The notes under the pieces are model-generated. The model searched no databases. It saw nothing but the letters and a program-made list of their open reading frames with translations, and was not told the DNA's origin. The position numbers and the translations under genes are program-made. A stretch of DNA of 64,000 bases from Longimicrobiales bacterium (GTDB taxonomy: Bacteria; Gemmatimonadota; Gemmatimonadetes; Longimicrobiales; Gaopeijiaceae). The first letter of the stretch is position 1, and each line of letters starts with the position of its first letter. The stretch lies in NCBI GenBank assembly GCA_965219445.1, contig CBDCNQ010000002.1:672001-736000 (forward strand), given 5' to 3'. Positions 20,413-30,045 of this stretch are shown in pieces.

Positions 20413-21549
20413 ATGTCACGCTTCGGTCTCATGAGGTACGGGTTATGCAGCGGCGTTGCGGCGCTGCTTTGGATGGCTGGGCCGTTGTCAGCGCAGGCTG
20501 GCGGTGGCGAGGTATCGAGGGAGCGACAGGCAGAGCTTCAGAAGGCTTCGGAGTTGTCGCGGCGCCCGACGAGCACAATGCCCAGTCCGTACCGATTGGT
20601 GGAAAACTGGCCTACGCTACCGCCGGGAATGGAGTGGGGAGCTGCGATCGGCATCATACCAGATGATACGGGAGGCACATGGATGCTCTTCCGGTCGGAG
20701 ATTCCGATCCTGTACATCAACTCGAACGGGCAGGTCACGAAGAGCTTTGGCGAGGGGATGATCGTGCAGGCGCACGGGTTCTGCATGGACAGAGACGGGA
20801 ACCTGTGGGCCGGGGATAGTGGTCCCTTCAGGGACGACCCCTCCTCGAGGGGGCGCGGCTTCCAGATCCACAAATTCAGTCAAGATGGCGAGTTGCTGAT
20901 GAGCCTGGGTCGGGCGGGGTTCTCGAGGGCGGATAGAGCGAACACGTTCATCGGCCCAACGGCCTGCACGGTAGCGCCGGATGGGAACATCATCATAGCG
21001 GACGGACATTGGCCGCGACCCTCGACGGCACAACAGGACGGAGATCGTATTGTAGTGGTCACGCCGGAGGGAGCGTTCATCCGAGAGACGGGTCGTCTCG
21101 GCGCCGGTCCGGGTGAGTTCATGGGACCGCATTCGTTGGCGCTCGATGCGGACGGTCGCATCTTCGTGGCTGATCGATCGAACAATCGGATTCAGATTTT
21201 GGACCGGAACTTGAACTTCGTGGACGATTGGCGGCACTTCGGGCGGCCGAGCGGAGTCACGGTGCTGAGCGACGGTACTTTGGTCGTCTCCGACTCGGAA
21301 TCCGGCGCCACGATACCTGGGCCGGACACCGCGCTGGACGGGCTGGCGGGAGTTCGCAACCCAGGCTTTCAAGTCGGGATTCGGGTCGGAAGGGTAGACG
21401 GCTCACTGCGATACTTCATCCCTGGCACCCGGCCGGAGGGAATGGCGGCGGACAACCTGGGCAACATCTTTGCCGGCCTGACAGGCGGATGCGATGTGAG
21501 CCCCTCGGGCGGTTGCCTGCAGAAATGGGTACCCGTGGGACCCCGCTAA
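20413..21549 (+). CDS. Exported NHL-repeat protein (peptidyl-hydroxyglycine lyase-like)
   Basis: AHGFCMDRDGNLW, GEFMGPHSLALDADGRIFVADRSNNRIQI; signal peptide. Confidence 0.87.
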   Translation: MSRFGLMRYGLCSGVAALLWMAGPLSAQAGGGEVSRERQAELQKASELSRRPTSTMPSPYRLVENWPTLPPGMEWGAAIGIIPDDTGGTWMLFRSEIPILYINSNGQVTKSFGEGMIVQAHGFCMDRDGNLWAGDSGPFRDDPSSRGRGFQIHKFSQDGELLMSLGRAGFSRADRANTFIGPTACTVAPDGNIIIADGHWPRPSTAQQDGDRIVVVTPEGAFIRETGRLGAGPGEFMGPHSLALDADGRIFVADRSNNRIQILDRNLNFVDDWRHFGRPSGVTVLSDGTLVVSDSESGATIPGPDTALDGLAGVRNPGFQVGIRVGRVDGSLRYFIPGTRPEGMAADNLGNIFAGLTGGCDVSPSGGCLQKWVPVGPR

Positions 21550-22652
21550 TTCGCGGGTCGAGGGAAAACCGACATCTTTCCGAGGTCGTTCGAGGGCGTC
21601 AGCGCGCGAAAGTCGCCTGGTTAAGGCGGGCGATGGGGTCGGGCATACTAGTTCCCCATCCGCTGGCGAAGCTCCTCGAAGAAGTTGGTGACCACAAAGA
21701 ACCGTTCCTCTGACACCTCGCTCTCCAGGTCTGCGACTTGGCTGAGCATCTGTGGAACCACCAGGCGGTCCCCATCAGGATGGAGGTCTGAGGCGGGTCG
21801 GAAGTAGCCCGCCGTGAACAAGGAGTCCCTGGATAGCACCACCGGCACGGGATCTCGTTGGATGCGGGCGGCAAAGAAGGTGTCGTCGACTCTCCCAGCC
21901 TCCCTTGCGGTCCAGTAGTAGATGGTGTTGCCGTCTGGTGACCATCGGGGGAACTCACCTCCGCCCTCCGACACCAGTGTCCGTTCACCGGCTTCAGGAA
22001 AACTCCGAATGTAGATCTCCGGTGTACCCGTCTCGTCAGACCCATAAGCGGCCAGGGTCCCATCCGGTGAAACCACGATTTCGTGAAGGTTGGCCTCCTG
22101 CTCCAGGTAAGCCTCCGCCCTCGGGCTGTCCGGGTCCGAGAGATCGAGCATCCACAGATCGGTTGGCGGCGGCCCCCACTCGAACACGATCAGCGTGTCG
22201 CTCGGCCACTGCGTGGGGAGTTGAGCGCCGGGAAGTGTGATGAGGAGTTCCGCAGGCGTGTCGTTGTCCAACCTCTTCACGAACAGATCGGATCCGTCGG
22301 TTCCTTCCCGCTGGGAAGAAAACACGACACGGGTCCCATCCGATGAAGTCACAGGTCCGACATTGCTCCCTTGGAAAGTAAGCTGTCTCGGCGTCGCCCC
22401 CAGTTCTACGTCGAAGGCGAAAATGTGAGGGTCTGCTTCGCCGTCCGGGCGACTCTCATAGACCACCGACCGACCATCAGGAGACCACATCACGTCACGG
22501 AGGCTTCGTGGAGCTAGGACCAGAGGCTCTATATTACCCTCCAGATCCACGACGAGGAGCCGTTGTCCGCTACCCGTACCAGTGGTAGCAAGAGCGCCTG
22601 CTCCATACACCAGAGTCCCGTTCTGCGAGACCGCGAACCGGGCGTCGAAACC

Positions 22653-22698
22653 GTCCATAGACGAAACCGTCCATAGACGTCCATAGACGTCCATAGAC
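22653..22698. repeat. 4 copies of GTCCATAGAC (22653, 22669, 22679, 22689)
   Basis: Read directly; copies 1 and 2 are separated by GAAACC, a duplicate of the left target flank. Confidence 0.95.
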
Positions 22699-22699
22699 G

Positions 22700-22957
22700 A
22701 CCGGGGGCAAGCCGAGGCTTGGCAGAATATCGAAGATGGGTCAGCGCGATCTCAGGCGGCTCCTGATCACGGGCGCCATGACGATTGTCCACCACGCGAT
22801 CCGACGCGGCGAGACGACGGATCCGTGGCTAGCCAGGATGTTGGCACGCAAGCCCAGGATGCTGGTCGCGGTAGCGCTGGCGAACAGGATGGCGCGCATT
22901 GTCTGGGCGCTTACGACGAAGAAGGAGATCTATCGGGCTCACGCTGCCGCCGCCTGA
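22700..22957 (+). pseudogene. IS110/IS1111 transposase C-terminal fragment
   Basis: TGGKPRLGRISKMGQRDLRRLLITGA..WLARMLARKPRMLVAVALANRMARIVWAL; RuvC-like N-terminal domain absent. Confidence 0.9.
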
Positions 22958-23230
22958 CCGGGCGAAAGGAGGGAAGCCGAGAGGAGGACAGCTGTTGGGG
23001 ATGTGAGCAGGTCGGAGGACAGGTAAGGGCAAACGGTCAATGAGACGGGGTCGAGAAAACCAGCAACCGAACGGAGAGCACCGAAGCTCGCGTAACCGAT
23101 ATGGACTCGGCCCGCGTATCTCCATACAGGCCAGCGGCCAACTGAGTTGCCGCACCAACAGGCCGGATAGACGACAGCACCTGACCACATGCACCGAACC
23201 GTTCGAAGAAAAGCTTGCATCAAAGGGGGC
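22958..23230 (+). ncRNA. Putative bridge RNA/seekRNA region (boundaries approximate)
   Basis: Non-coding region downstream of tnp, as in the IS1111 subgroup; contains ACCGAACGG (target match) and ATAGACG (donor-end match). Confidence 0.65.
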
Positions 23231-23250
23231 GTCCATAGACGTCCATAGAC
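23231..23250. repeat. 2 tandem copies of GTCCATAGAC at the IS right end
   Basis: Read directly. Confidence 0.95.
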
Positions 23251-25018
23251 GTTCGGTATCGAAACTCCGTCGAATAGAGTGACGGGATCTCCGACGACTT
23301 CGCCCCGACGAGCGTCGAACGCTACGGCCCACAGGGTCCCTGAAACGTCGGCGTACAGCAGGTGCCCTGTCTCTATGTATGCGGCGTCGAGGGCGCCTGC
23401 CCGAACTACTCGCACCGAGTCCGTATCCAAGTCGAGGATCAGAGTTGAGAGAGCTACGGGGTCCGTGAAGATGACGGCCCCACCTCCGGGGAGAAGCCTC
23501 GGGTTACGAACTGATGTCGTAGGGTCTAGGAGAGGCTGGGGATCGCCCCCTGTTTCAGGAACGCGGTAGAGGCCCCGACCTCCGGCTCCGGTATGTGTGA
23601 AGACGACGGTTCCGTCGTCCCCCCAATGGAGACCAGCCACACGAGCCGCCGGGATGTCGGTCACGGTCTGCGGGGCACCTCCTGAGAGCGCCACTCTTTG
23701 AATGGACCCCTCGCCGGCGACGCCGAAGACCAATGACTCTCCGTCCGGTGAAAAAGAGGCGAAGGCGGTGCCTTCGGTTCCCGGTATAGGCCGAAAGCCT
23801 TCCTCATCGGCATTGCGCCAGTAGAGCGGCCCTCCACTGACCAGAGCGAACCGCAGGCCATCTGGGGATACCAGAATATCGCCAGAAGGGGTAAGCGAGA
23901 GGTCTCCGAGGTCAACCGACGCGAGCGTAACCGGAATTGCGGCGCGGGTCTGTTCCAGCCCCAGAGGGCGAGGGCCACGAAGAGGGCAGTGGTCGTCGCA
24001 AAGGCGACCGTCAGTCGATTCCAGGGGCCAGCCACCGTAGCAGGTCCTTGCGCGGCTACTGCCTCCGAGGTCGAGGCCGTTACGGATGTCCGAGCCCGAG
24101 CCTTGTACGTGAACCTCTCGTCCGCGAGCGCCGCAGCGAACTCAGCCGCGCTCGTGAAGCGGTCGGCGGGTAGCTTCTCCAGCGCCTGAGCGAGTGCATG
24201 GCCGACATGGGGTGGCACGGTCCTGCGCTCACTCGTGATCGACGGTGCATCCATCGTGAGGATCTTGACCAGCACGGCTTGGGCGGTTGTCGCCGAGAAG
24301 GGTGGCTGCCCGGAGAGCATCTCGTACAGCACACAGCCGAGCGCGTAGACATCAGACCGTGGGTCCACGTCCCTGTCGCCTGTGGCCTGCTCGGGACTCA
24401 TGTAGTGCGGTGTGCCCAGGCTGAGTCCGGTCTCTGTGATGCGCCCAGCACCCGCCTGAGCCACGGCCAACGCAATACCGAAGTCTGCTACGAGCGGCTC
24501 GCCCTGAGCACTCAGGAGGATGTTGCCCGGCTTGATGTCGCGGTGGACGACGCCGTTCTGGTGTGCGTAGTCGAGTGCGCCCGCCACCTTCTGCGTGATC
24601 GCCAGTGCGTCCTCCACACCGAGTTGCTTCTCGCGGTCGATCCGCTCCCTGAGTGATTCACCTTCGATGTGGGGCATCACGTAGAAGAGGAAGCCATCCG
24701 CTTCGCCCGAATCGAACAGTGGAAGGATATGCGGGTGAGTCAGGTTCGCGGTCGTCTTGATCTCGGCCAGGAACCGCTCGGCCCCTACCACCGCGGCCAA
24801 CTCGGGCTTCAGCACCTTGAGGGCTACGTTTCGGTTGTGTTTCAGATCCTTGGCGAGGAAGACCGTCGCCATCCCGCCTTCGCCGAGTTCACGCTCAATG
24901 GCGTAGCGGCCTTCGAGGGCTGCGTTGAGACGGGCGACGGGATCAGTCATGGCGGACAAGATGCGTCTAAGGGGTGTGGCGCGGCAAGGATCCTATCCTC
25001 ACCGATCTACTGAGGTGG

Positions 25019-25195
25019 CTATTCGTCCAGCCTGGCCTCGATCCGTCTCAGGCGCTCGTCGATCTCCTGCAGTTTGTGCAGGATCATGATGTGGGTCTTT
25101 TTCGCGTCGATCCCCACGGGGCTCGTCTCGCTGGAGATCTCACGCTCGATCGAAACGAAGATGTCGGGGGGCACGTCCAAGCCGCGGTCGTCCAT
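25019..25195 (-). CDS. 58-aa small protein with C-terminal coiled-coil-like segment
   Basis: GGAGG RBS, then MDDRGLDVPPDIFVSIEREISSETSPVGIDAKKTHIMILHKLQEIDERLRRIEARLDE*; shorter than any ORF in the track. Confidence 0.7.
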   Translation of the reverse strand: MDDRGLDVPPDIFVSIEREISSETSPVGIDAKKTHIMILHKLQEIDERLRRIEARLDE

Positions 25196-25266
25196 CGGAA
25201 CCTCCGTTGATGAGCGTCAGAGAACCTACGATGCCGATGAGCAGGTTGAGAGGCAAGCCGGAAGCC

Positions 25267-25304
25267 GGGGCGGGATTGACCTCCTCCGGTCGGTCGGCTC
25301 GTCG
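25267..25304. repeat. Degenerate tRNA-Ser 3'-end-linked repeat, copy 3
   Basis: GGGGCGGGATTGACCTCC..GGTCGGTCGGCTCGTCG; colinear with 29622-29660 and shares GGGGCGGGATTGACCT with 33920-33935. Confidence 0.7.
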
Positions 25305-25318
25305 CCGGCCGGAGATTA

Positions 25319-25420
25319 CCAGACGGCCAGATGCTCTACTACCGCAGTGGCTCACAGTTCTTGGCGGTCGAGGTTGCAACCGTGCCTACATTCGCCGTGT
25401 TGTCCGCTCCCGATGCTCTC
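25319..25420 (+). pseudogene. Fragment of the last PD40 blade of a kinase/TolB-type gene
   Basis: PDGQMLYYRSGSQFLAVEVATVPTFAVLS resembles PDGNTIYYW..FFAARIQRDPVPVVLS in the 21648-24950 gene. Confidence 0.55.
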
Positions 25421-25522
25421 GCTCATCCAAGAACAGGCCGTTATTATCACCGGCATCCGCGCCGGCACCGCCAGCGATTGCTACGCGTGTGCCGTCGGCC
25501 GGACCATGCCCACGGAGGACTG

Positions 25523-26554
25523 ATGACCAACGCACGTAGATGCGCTCCCCGCCTCGTTACGGCGCTTTCGCTGTTAGTGGCCTTACGGTTCATCCCCGCC
25601 GCGCTCGAGGCTCAGTCGCCGCCGGCCCAACCGCCCGCAGACTGGGGCCCCATCTCGATCAATATGGAGGAGATCTCCTACCCGCATCCGGTAGAGTTCC
25701 TGAACTTGCAGCTATTTGGTCAGGACGTCCGGATCGCGTACATGGACGTGTCACCGGTCGGGCCGCCGAACGGTCGGACTGTCGTACTCCTCCACGGAGG
25801 GAGCTACTACGGGTGGTACTGGAAGGAGCAGATCGAGGCTCTCCGCAGCGAAGGGTATCGAGTCGTCGTGAAGGACCGCCTCGGGTGGGGCAAGTCCTCC
25901 AAGCCCATCCTTCCGTACAGTATGAGCCTGCACGCTTCCAACACGGCGCGACTCCTAGAGCACCTGGGGACCTCCCAGGCAGCCATCGTCGGCCACTCGG
26001 TCGGCGGCCGGATGGCCACCCGCTTCGCCTTCCTATATCCGGAGATGACGACGCACCTCGTGACCGTCAACCAGACCGGCCTGACCGACCAACGCGCGGG
26101 ACGGGGGTATCGGCCCTTCACCGGGGAGATCGACGCGGAGCCGGACCTGCAGAGCGCCTACGAGGCCGCGGTTCGGACGGATATGCGCCGCTACGTGAAC
26201 TGGAAACCCAAGTTCCTCGAGCACCTCCGTATCCGGTACGGCCAACGCCTCAGCGGCGACTGGCCACGGCTGGCCTATGTACGGTCGCTCGGTGGCAACC
26301 TGCGTTCGATGGATACGATCGTGGACGACTGGCCCCACGTCCAGACGAAGACGCTGATCCTCGGCGGAGAGATCGACGGACCCGACTTTCCTGAGAACGC
26401 GCGACATGCGGTGGACGTTCTCCCCAACGCCGAAGTCTTCCTGATCCCCGGCGTCGGCCACAACCCGCACGAAGAGGTGCCAGAGATCGTGAACGCCGAG
26501 CTGATCCGCTTCCTCGGGTCGGACGCCCACGAGCCGGCGGGGCGTGGCGGCTAG
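25523..26554 (+). CDS. Exported alpha/beta hydrolase
   Basis: GGAGG RBS, signal peptide, LLHGG, GHSVGG nucleophile elbow, GVGHNPHEE. Confidence 0.9.
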   Translation: MTNARRCAPRLVTALSLLVALRFIPAALEAQSPPAQPPADWGPISINMEEISYPHPVEFLNLQLFGQDVRIAYMDVSPVGPPNGRTVVLLHGGSYYGWYWKEQIEALRSEGYRVVVKDRLGWGKSSKPILPYSMSLHASNTARLLEHLGTSQAAIVGHSVGGRMATRFAFLYPEMTTHLVTVNQTGLTDQRAGRGYRPFTGEIDAEPDLQSAYEAAVRTDMRRYVNWKPKFLEHLRIRYGQRLSGDWPRLAYVRSLGGNLRSMDTIVDDWPHVQTKTLILGGEIDGPDFPENARHAVDVLPNAEVFLIPGVGHNPHEEVPEIVNAELIRFLGSDAHEPAGRGG

Positions 26555-26585
26555 GCCGGAGCGTCCTTGTGGCTTAGAGGGCCAT

Positions 26586-26774
26586 CTAGCCTTGTCCGAT
26601 CCGCAGCGCGATCCACAACAGGCCGCCGCCGATTAGAGCCGTTACGATCCCGGCATAGGCCCATCCAATCTGGCCGGTCATGAACGAGCCGGGCAGGATG
26701 TTGATCCCCTGCAGAATCCAGACGGCCCCGGTGAGGAGGAGAAGAACTGAGATGACGATCAGTGTGATTCTCAT
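26586..26774 (-). CDS. Small two-TM membrane protein
   Basis: GAVWILQGINILPGSFMTG..W; GGAG RBS. Confidence 0.7.
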   Translation of the reverse strand: MRITLIVISVLLLLTGAVWILQGINILPGSFMTGQIGWAYAGIVTALIGGGLLWIALRIGQG

Positions 26775-26813
26775 GTCTCCCAGCGCGCGTTGAACTCACA
26801 GCTCAAAGCCCAC

Positions 26814-27464
26814 TCAGTTCATTCCCTCGCCCCGCTTCATGAGACCCATGTGCTGCTCGGCTTGAGCCAGCCCCCCCTCCCCTTCGCTCCAGCTGGTGCG
26901 ACCGTTTCCATCCGCGTCGGTCCCATCGACGATGGCTTGAATGGCCGTCTGAATTTCCTGCGTGAGTTCTGCGGCGGCGCCAGCCGACTCGGCGTTCTTG
27001 ACCTGCTCGCCGAGTTCCAGCACATGCTGGCCCCACGCCACAACGTTGTTCGCAGCCGTCGACACGTGGTTTGCGTGGGTCTTGATGTTGTCCGACGCGT
27101 CGTCGGAGTTGGCCGCGAGGCCGATGTGCCTCGCCGCGCCTTGGGCAGCCTGGACCAGACCGTACCCATTGCCCGGACCGGACTCCTCCACAGTGGGATC
27201 GATCGCATTCATGACATGCCCGATGTGCCGCTGAATCGCGCCCAGGTCGTCGGGGTTCCGCAGAGCCAGGCCCGCATGTGTGGCAGCGACCTGCGCCTCA
27301 GCGGCGGCAGTCGGAAGCAACCCCTGGCCCTCCGGAGTGCCTCGGAACCCATCCAAAACGTGTCCCATATGTCGGTGCGATGCGCTCTCCTGTGCAAGGG
27401 CTGGGTCGCTGGTCGCTACGACGCCAACTGCCACCAAAAGAGCCAGGCCAGTCGAGAATCTCAT
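26814..27464 (-). CDS. Exported His-patterned helical protein of unknown function
   Basis: GGAGG RBS, signal peptide ending ALAQ; HRHMGHV, HIGHV, HANHV; DADGNG loop. Confidence 0.75.
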   Translation of the reverse strand: MRFSTGLALLVAVGVVATSDPALAQESASHRHMGHVLDGFRGTPEGQGLLPTAAAEAQVAATHAGLALRNPDDLGAIQRHIGHVMNAIDPTVEESGPGNGYGLVQAAQGAARHIGLAANSDDASDNIKTHANHVSTAANNVVAWGQHVLELGEQVKNAESAGAAAELTQEIQTAIQAIVDGTDADGNGRTSWSEGEGGLAQAEQHMGLMKRGEGMN

Positions 27465-27840
27465 GACAACCTCCTGCCCGAGCGTCAAACTCAACTCAGT
27501 GCGTAAATGAGGAGCGAACCGTGGCCCGCCCGCCTGCGTCAGCAAAGATGTGACGAATTCTTTGTACGCGCTAGATGAGCTGTGAGCTATGGGCTACGAG
27601 CTGAGGGTTGGCGCCGCCCCCCGCCACCTGACCCACGTATCGGCGGCTAGGACCGGTGTTGGTGAAAGCATGGTGGGGACGGCATGAAGGCGCTTGAGGC
27701 CCTCGCTACAGGCATGGAGTGCGTACAGGCTCAGGAGATGCGAAACTGTCGTCGAGGTCCCACGAAGGCATTCCCCTGCGCTCAAGCTACGCGTGATGAT
27801 CGGGCGGTGCGATGGCTAGGCTCCCGAACGAGCCTTCCCG

Positions 27841-28317
27841 CTATGGCTCGATCCTAACATTGACCTGCAAATAGCTGACTGACCCATCAAGCTCACTGAA
27901 CCAATGCGGCGTACCCGGCGGCAGCACCACCACATCTCCAACAGCCACTCTCCGACTCTCGCCGTTGTCTATCCTAAAGCTCCTCATATTCGTTGCCGAT
28001 GAATCAGCCAGCGGCCGAGCCAGGGTCCCGCCAGTGACGAGCGTTCCGCTGCCATCCACAATCTGGAAGATCTCAATGCTTCGCCGGTGGATGATTGCGT
28101 ACTGAGTCGGCCCTCCCGCAGCACGTCTCCGCACCGACACGCCCTGATGTATCGAGACCGCAGCACCTGCGGAACCCGTCTCTAATCCGATGCTGTCGAG
28201 TCCCGCGGCAACCTCACCAGCACTCATGAAGATGCCAGGCGGGGAAACGGGAGTCTGCCCGCAAAGAACGCTGGGCAAAGCAGAAAGACCGATCAGCGTA
28301 AGTGACACGATCCGCAT
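27841..28317 (-). CDS. Exported cupin-domain protein
   Basis: Signal peptide; IH..IEIFQIVDGSGTLVTGG..GDVVVLPPGTPHWF. Confidence 0.82.
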   Translation of the reverse strand: MRIVSLTLIGLSALPSVLCGQTPVSPPGIFMSAGEVAAGLDSIGLETGSAGAAVSIHQGVSVRRRAAGGPTQYAIIHRRSIEIFQIVDGSGTLVTGGTLARPLADSSATNMRSFRIDNGESRRVAVGDVVVLPPGTPHWFSELDGSVSYLQVNVRIEP

Positions 28318-28568
28318 TGCTAGTCCCTCTCATGAAGGCGTTCACTTCGCCGGCTCCGATGGCGTGTCTCAATGTACCGACCGAGCCCAGAACACGCGAG
28401 CCAGAACACGCGAGCCGGAAGGAGAGCGCCTTCTCTCGGTAAGAGACTATCGTCTCGCTGCGAAACGGCACCGGCCACTCCCCAGCCCGATCCGTCTCCA
28501 CCTCGAACTCATCGTGCGGGGAGAACACGACGCCCATCACGCGCCGGGGCAACCGCTGTCCTGACCCG

Positions 28569-29453
28569 TCAGGCGAGGTCGAGGAAGTCGAGCATGCTCG
28601 CGTTGACGTCGTCGGCCACGTCCACCTGCACCCAGTGAGAGGCGTCGGGGAAGCGCATGAGGAGACAGTCGGGGACCCACTCCGCCGGCGGTTTGGCCAA
28701 GTGTGGTCCCAGGTAGGCGTCCTGCTCACCCCAGAGGACCAGCACCGGTCGCTCGATGACCTTCGGAGGGGGCGAGCGTCCCATGAGCGTGTCACGGAAC
28801 CCCGCACGATAGTAATTGACTGCGGCGGAGAGAGCACCGGGCTGCTGCAGCGCTTCCATGTAGCGGCGAATGTCCTCTTCGCTGAAGGCCATGGGGTTCA
28901 CCGGGTCGTTCCGGAAGATGCGGCGGAAGGCGTAGAAGCCGGTGATCTTGGTGACGAGCTCGACCATCCACGGGACCTGGAAGGCGAACACGTACCAGCT
29001 CTTGAGAAACTGCCACCCCTGGAAGAAGCGCGACCGGAAGGCCACCGGGTGGGGGACGTTCATGATCACGAGCTTGACGAGGAGCTCCGGGTACTCCTGG
29101 GCGAAGAGCCAGGCGACCACCGCGCCCCAGTCGTGCCCACCGACGACGGCGCTCTCGTGGCCCAGGTGGCGAATCAGCGCCGCTACGTCGCCGGTCAGCT
29201 TCGGGGTCCGGTAGGCGGGAACGCCGGCGGGCTTCTCCGAGAGGTTGTAGCCGCGCATATCCGGAGCCACGACCCGGTAGCCGGCGTCGGCCAGAGGACC
29301 CATCTGGTGACGCCAGGAATACCAGAACTCGGGGAAGCCGTGGAGCAGGACAACGAGGGGGCCGTCCTCCGGACCCATGGCCGCGTAGTGAAGGCGCACC
29401 TCCGGCAGCTTCGCCTCGTGGTGCTCGACCCGGCTCTCGTCCCAGTCGCTCAT
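28569..29453 (-). CDS. Alpha/beta hydrolase, epoxide-hydrolase type
   Basis: LLHGFPEFWYSWRHQ, PDMRGY, GHDWGA, NYYRA, ASHWVQ. Confidence 0.93.
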   Translation of the reverse strand: MSDWDESRVEHHEAKLPEVRLHYAAMGPEDGPLVVLLHGFPEFWYSWRHQMGPLADAGYRVVAPDMRGYNLSEKPAGVPAYRTPKLTGDVAALIRHLGHESAVVGGHDWGAVVAWLFAQEYPELLVKLVIMNVPHPVAFRSRFFQGWQFLKSWYVFAFQVPWMVELVTKITGFYAFRRIFRNDPVNPMAFSEEDIRRYMEALQQPGALSAAVNYYRAGFRDTLMGRSPPPKVIERPVLVLWGEQDAYLGPHLAKPPAEWVPDCLLMRFPDASHWVQVDVADDVNASMLDFLDLA

Positions 29454-29616
29454 GGCCCCATCATACCCGTATAGAACATCACGGCAACAAGGCGGCGTCG
29501 GCGTTCCTCGGTCATTTCCGGAAGATGCGGAACGATCCGGCAGACCGCGAGTCAGCTACGGGTTACCGCAAGCTCAAGCGTCTGGAAGCAGACGAAATCT
29601 CAGTACTGCAATCAAA

Positions 29617-29660
29617 CGGAGGGGGCGGGATTCACCTCCCTTTGGTCGGTGGGCTCGTCG
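29617..29660. repeat. tRNA-Ser 3'-end duplicate (att-like), copy 2
   Basis: 29617-29633 CGGAGGGGGCGGGATTC is identical to 34082-34098. Confidence 0.85.
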
Positions 29661-30045
29661 GTTCACCCGAAGGTCTTCGAGGACGACGTGCTCCTCGGCT
29701 GAGCTGCGGTCGGCGCTTCGCGGGGATGATCGCGAACACGGCGATTATCGGTCGCTGCCTTTGCAAAGTTAGACGTACCCCCTGCAAAGAGGATCTAGGG
29801 AGTCGGCGTTTCGGTCTCCCTAGAATCATCGACTTGATGTCCCGAACGGACCCCACCGGCAAGGCCTGCAGCGATAGTCTTCCTTGGCCCGCGGGTGGCA
29901 TTTGGCGCTGCAAGCAGCCCCGGACACTGACCGGACCCAGGGACGTACCCTGGACGTGGGTCGGCCTGGGCACCATTATGACGCCCCAAGCTCTGCACCG
30001 TTCATCGGGGCCGCCGCGCGGCCTCATGCCCTATGGAGGAAACTG

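Larger units (their letters stand above)
22653..23250 (+). mobile_element. 5'-truncated IS110-family (IS1111-type) element with tandem terminal 10-mers
   Basis: Transposase C-terminus, long downstream non-coding end finishing GGGGGCGTCCATAGAC, and clean in-frame restoration of the host gene. Confidence 0.88.
21648..24950 (-). pseudogene. Ser/Thr kinase-TM-PD40 propeller protein, broken by a frameshift (~23940) and an IS110 insertion (22653-23250)
   Basis: LGEGGMATV, VALKVLK, HRDIKPGN, ADFGIA, GTPHYMSPEQ, TM helix, then SPDG repeats in three ORF pieces. Removing 22653-23250 rejoins ..VSIPN|GFDARFAVS.. in frame. Confidence 0.9.

Noticed and set aside
22653..23250. CRISPR array
   Set aside because: Repeats are 10 bp and mostly abutting, with no unique spacers and no cas genes.
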